Below, piece by piece: positions 31,396-32,000 of a stretch of 32,000 nt of DNA (position 1 is the first letter of the stretch; every line of letters begins with the position of its first letter). The notes under the pieces were generated by a model. It searched no databases. It saw only the letters and a list, made by a program, of their open reading frames with translations, and was not told the origin of the DNA. Position numbers and translations under genes: made by a program. This DNA comes from Mucisphaera calidilacus (GTDB lineage Bacteria; Planctomycetota; Phycisphaerae; Phycisphaerales; Phycisphaeraceae): assembly GCF_007748075.1 (NCBI RefSeq), contig NZ_CP036280.1:1620001-1652000 (forward strand). Reading direction: 5' to 3'.

Positions 31396-32000
31396 ATGAA
31401 CAATCAGAAACGGGCTGACTCTCAAGACCTCCAGACACGCAGGGCATTCCTGGCAACAGCAGGCCTGCTCGGGCTTGCATCCCTCGCGGGCTGCTCGACG
31501 ATGAAACGGTCTCGCCCCCGATTCCAGGGGGAATTCCCCGCGCGTGCCCGGAACATCCTGATGCTCTGCGTCGACGACTTGCGTCCGCTGCTCGGGTGTT
31601 ACGGCGACCCGCACGCCCATACACCCAACATCGACCGCCTCGCCAAGCGGGGCATGCTCTTCAAACGAGCCTACTGCCAGCAGTCTATCTCCGCGCCTTC
31701 CCGGATCAGCTTCCTGACCGGGCTTCGCCCCGAAACACTCGACATCTACACCCTCGGAACACCGCTCAAGAATCACCGTCCCGGTACCCAGACACTGCCG
31801 CTCTATCTCCGCGATCAGGGTTACACCACGGTCTCCATTGGCAAGGTGTTCCATCACGAGGGCGACCGCCCCGAGAGCTGGACACGCGAGATCCGTCCCT
31901 ATCAGAAGTACAGCCGGGGTTACGTCACGCCCAAAGGGCAGAGCATCGTGGATCAACAGGCTGACAACAAAGTCGATGCCGAAGGCATCCATCGAGGCCG
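31396..32000 (+). CDS. Sulfatase (S1, iduronate-2-sulfatase-like), 5' part only; Tat signal plus lipobox; Ser at the formylglycine position
   Basis: This ORF is not in the supplied track because it runs off the window. My own translation from the ATG at 31396: MNNQKRADSQDLQTRRAFLATAGLLGLASLAGC/S..., then NILMLCVDDLRPLLGCYGDPHAHTPNIDRLAKRGMLFKRAYCQQSISAPSRISFLTGLRPE. This fits the sulfatase signature (C/S)xPxR-xx-FLTG, with TCC (Ser) at 31690-31692. Confidence 0.85.
   Translation, partial: MNNQKRADSQDLQTRRAFLATAGLLGLASLAGCSTMKRSRPRFQGEFPARARNILMLCVDDLRPLLGCYGDPHAHTPNIDRLAKRGMLFKRAYCQQSISAPSRISFLTGLRPETLDIYTLGTPLKNHRPGTQTLPLYLRDQGYTTVSIGKVFHHEGDRPESWTREIRPYQKYSRGYVTPKGQSIVDQQADNKVDAEGIHRG

Overview
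High-GC window that is almost entirely coding: 24 protein genes, and I found no rRNA, tRNA, CRISPR array or obvious mobile element. The content looks like a glycan-utilisation island from a PVC-superphylum bacterium (Planctomycetota/Phycisphaerae-, Kiritimatiellota- or Verrucomicrobiota-like). The lineage cues are an H-X9-DG (DUF1559) pseudopilin, three PEP-CTERM proteins, Tat and lipobox signals, and no SusC/SusD pair. Recognisable enzymes are a GH78 alpha-L-rhamnosidase, a GH105 unsaturated rhamnogalacturonyl/glucuronyl hydrolase domain, a heparinase II/III-like lyase, a GH29 alpha-L-fucosidase, an iduronate-2-sulfatase-like S1 sulfatase (truncated at the window end), and a two-domain BNR/Asp-box beta-propeller protein. 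There is also a clan GH-A-like lipoprotein, a GxGYxYP-like protein, a VanY/M15B peptidase, an NCS1-type permease with a small coupled membrane protein, and a cytoplasmic module of Gfo/Idh/MocA oxidoreductase, xylose-isomerase-like TIM barrel and D-2-hydroxyacid dehydrogenase. This set fits a sulfated rhamnose/fucose/uronate polysaccharide (ulvan-, rhamnan-sulfate- or fucoidan-like), but that is inference. The most unusual part is the minus-strand block 19111-25641. It holds two tandem lectin-like PEP-CTERM paralogues, a pseudopilin, and two paralogous hydrolase-like proteins of an unassigned family with a conserved DEP motif. A third copy of that domain is fused to the GH105 domain at 2351-4765. 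Two otherwise unrelated proteins in the block share a C-terminal module of four dockerin-like Ca-loops plus PEP-CTERM. Other points of note are a sulfatase with Ser at the formylglycine position behind a Tat/lipobox signal, and a possible bidirectional promoter sharing a palindromic -10 in the AT-rich gap at 25642-26028. All family assignments come from motifs read by eye; no searches were run.
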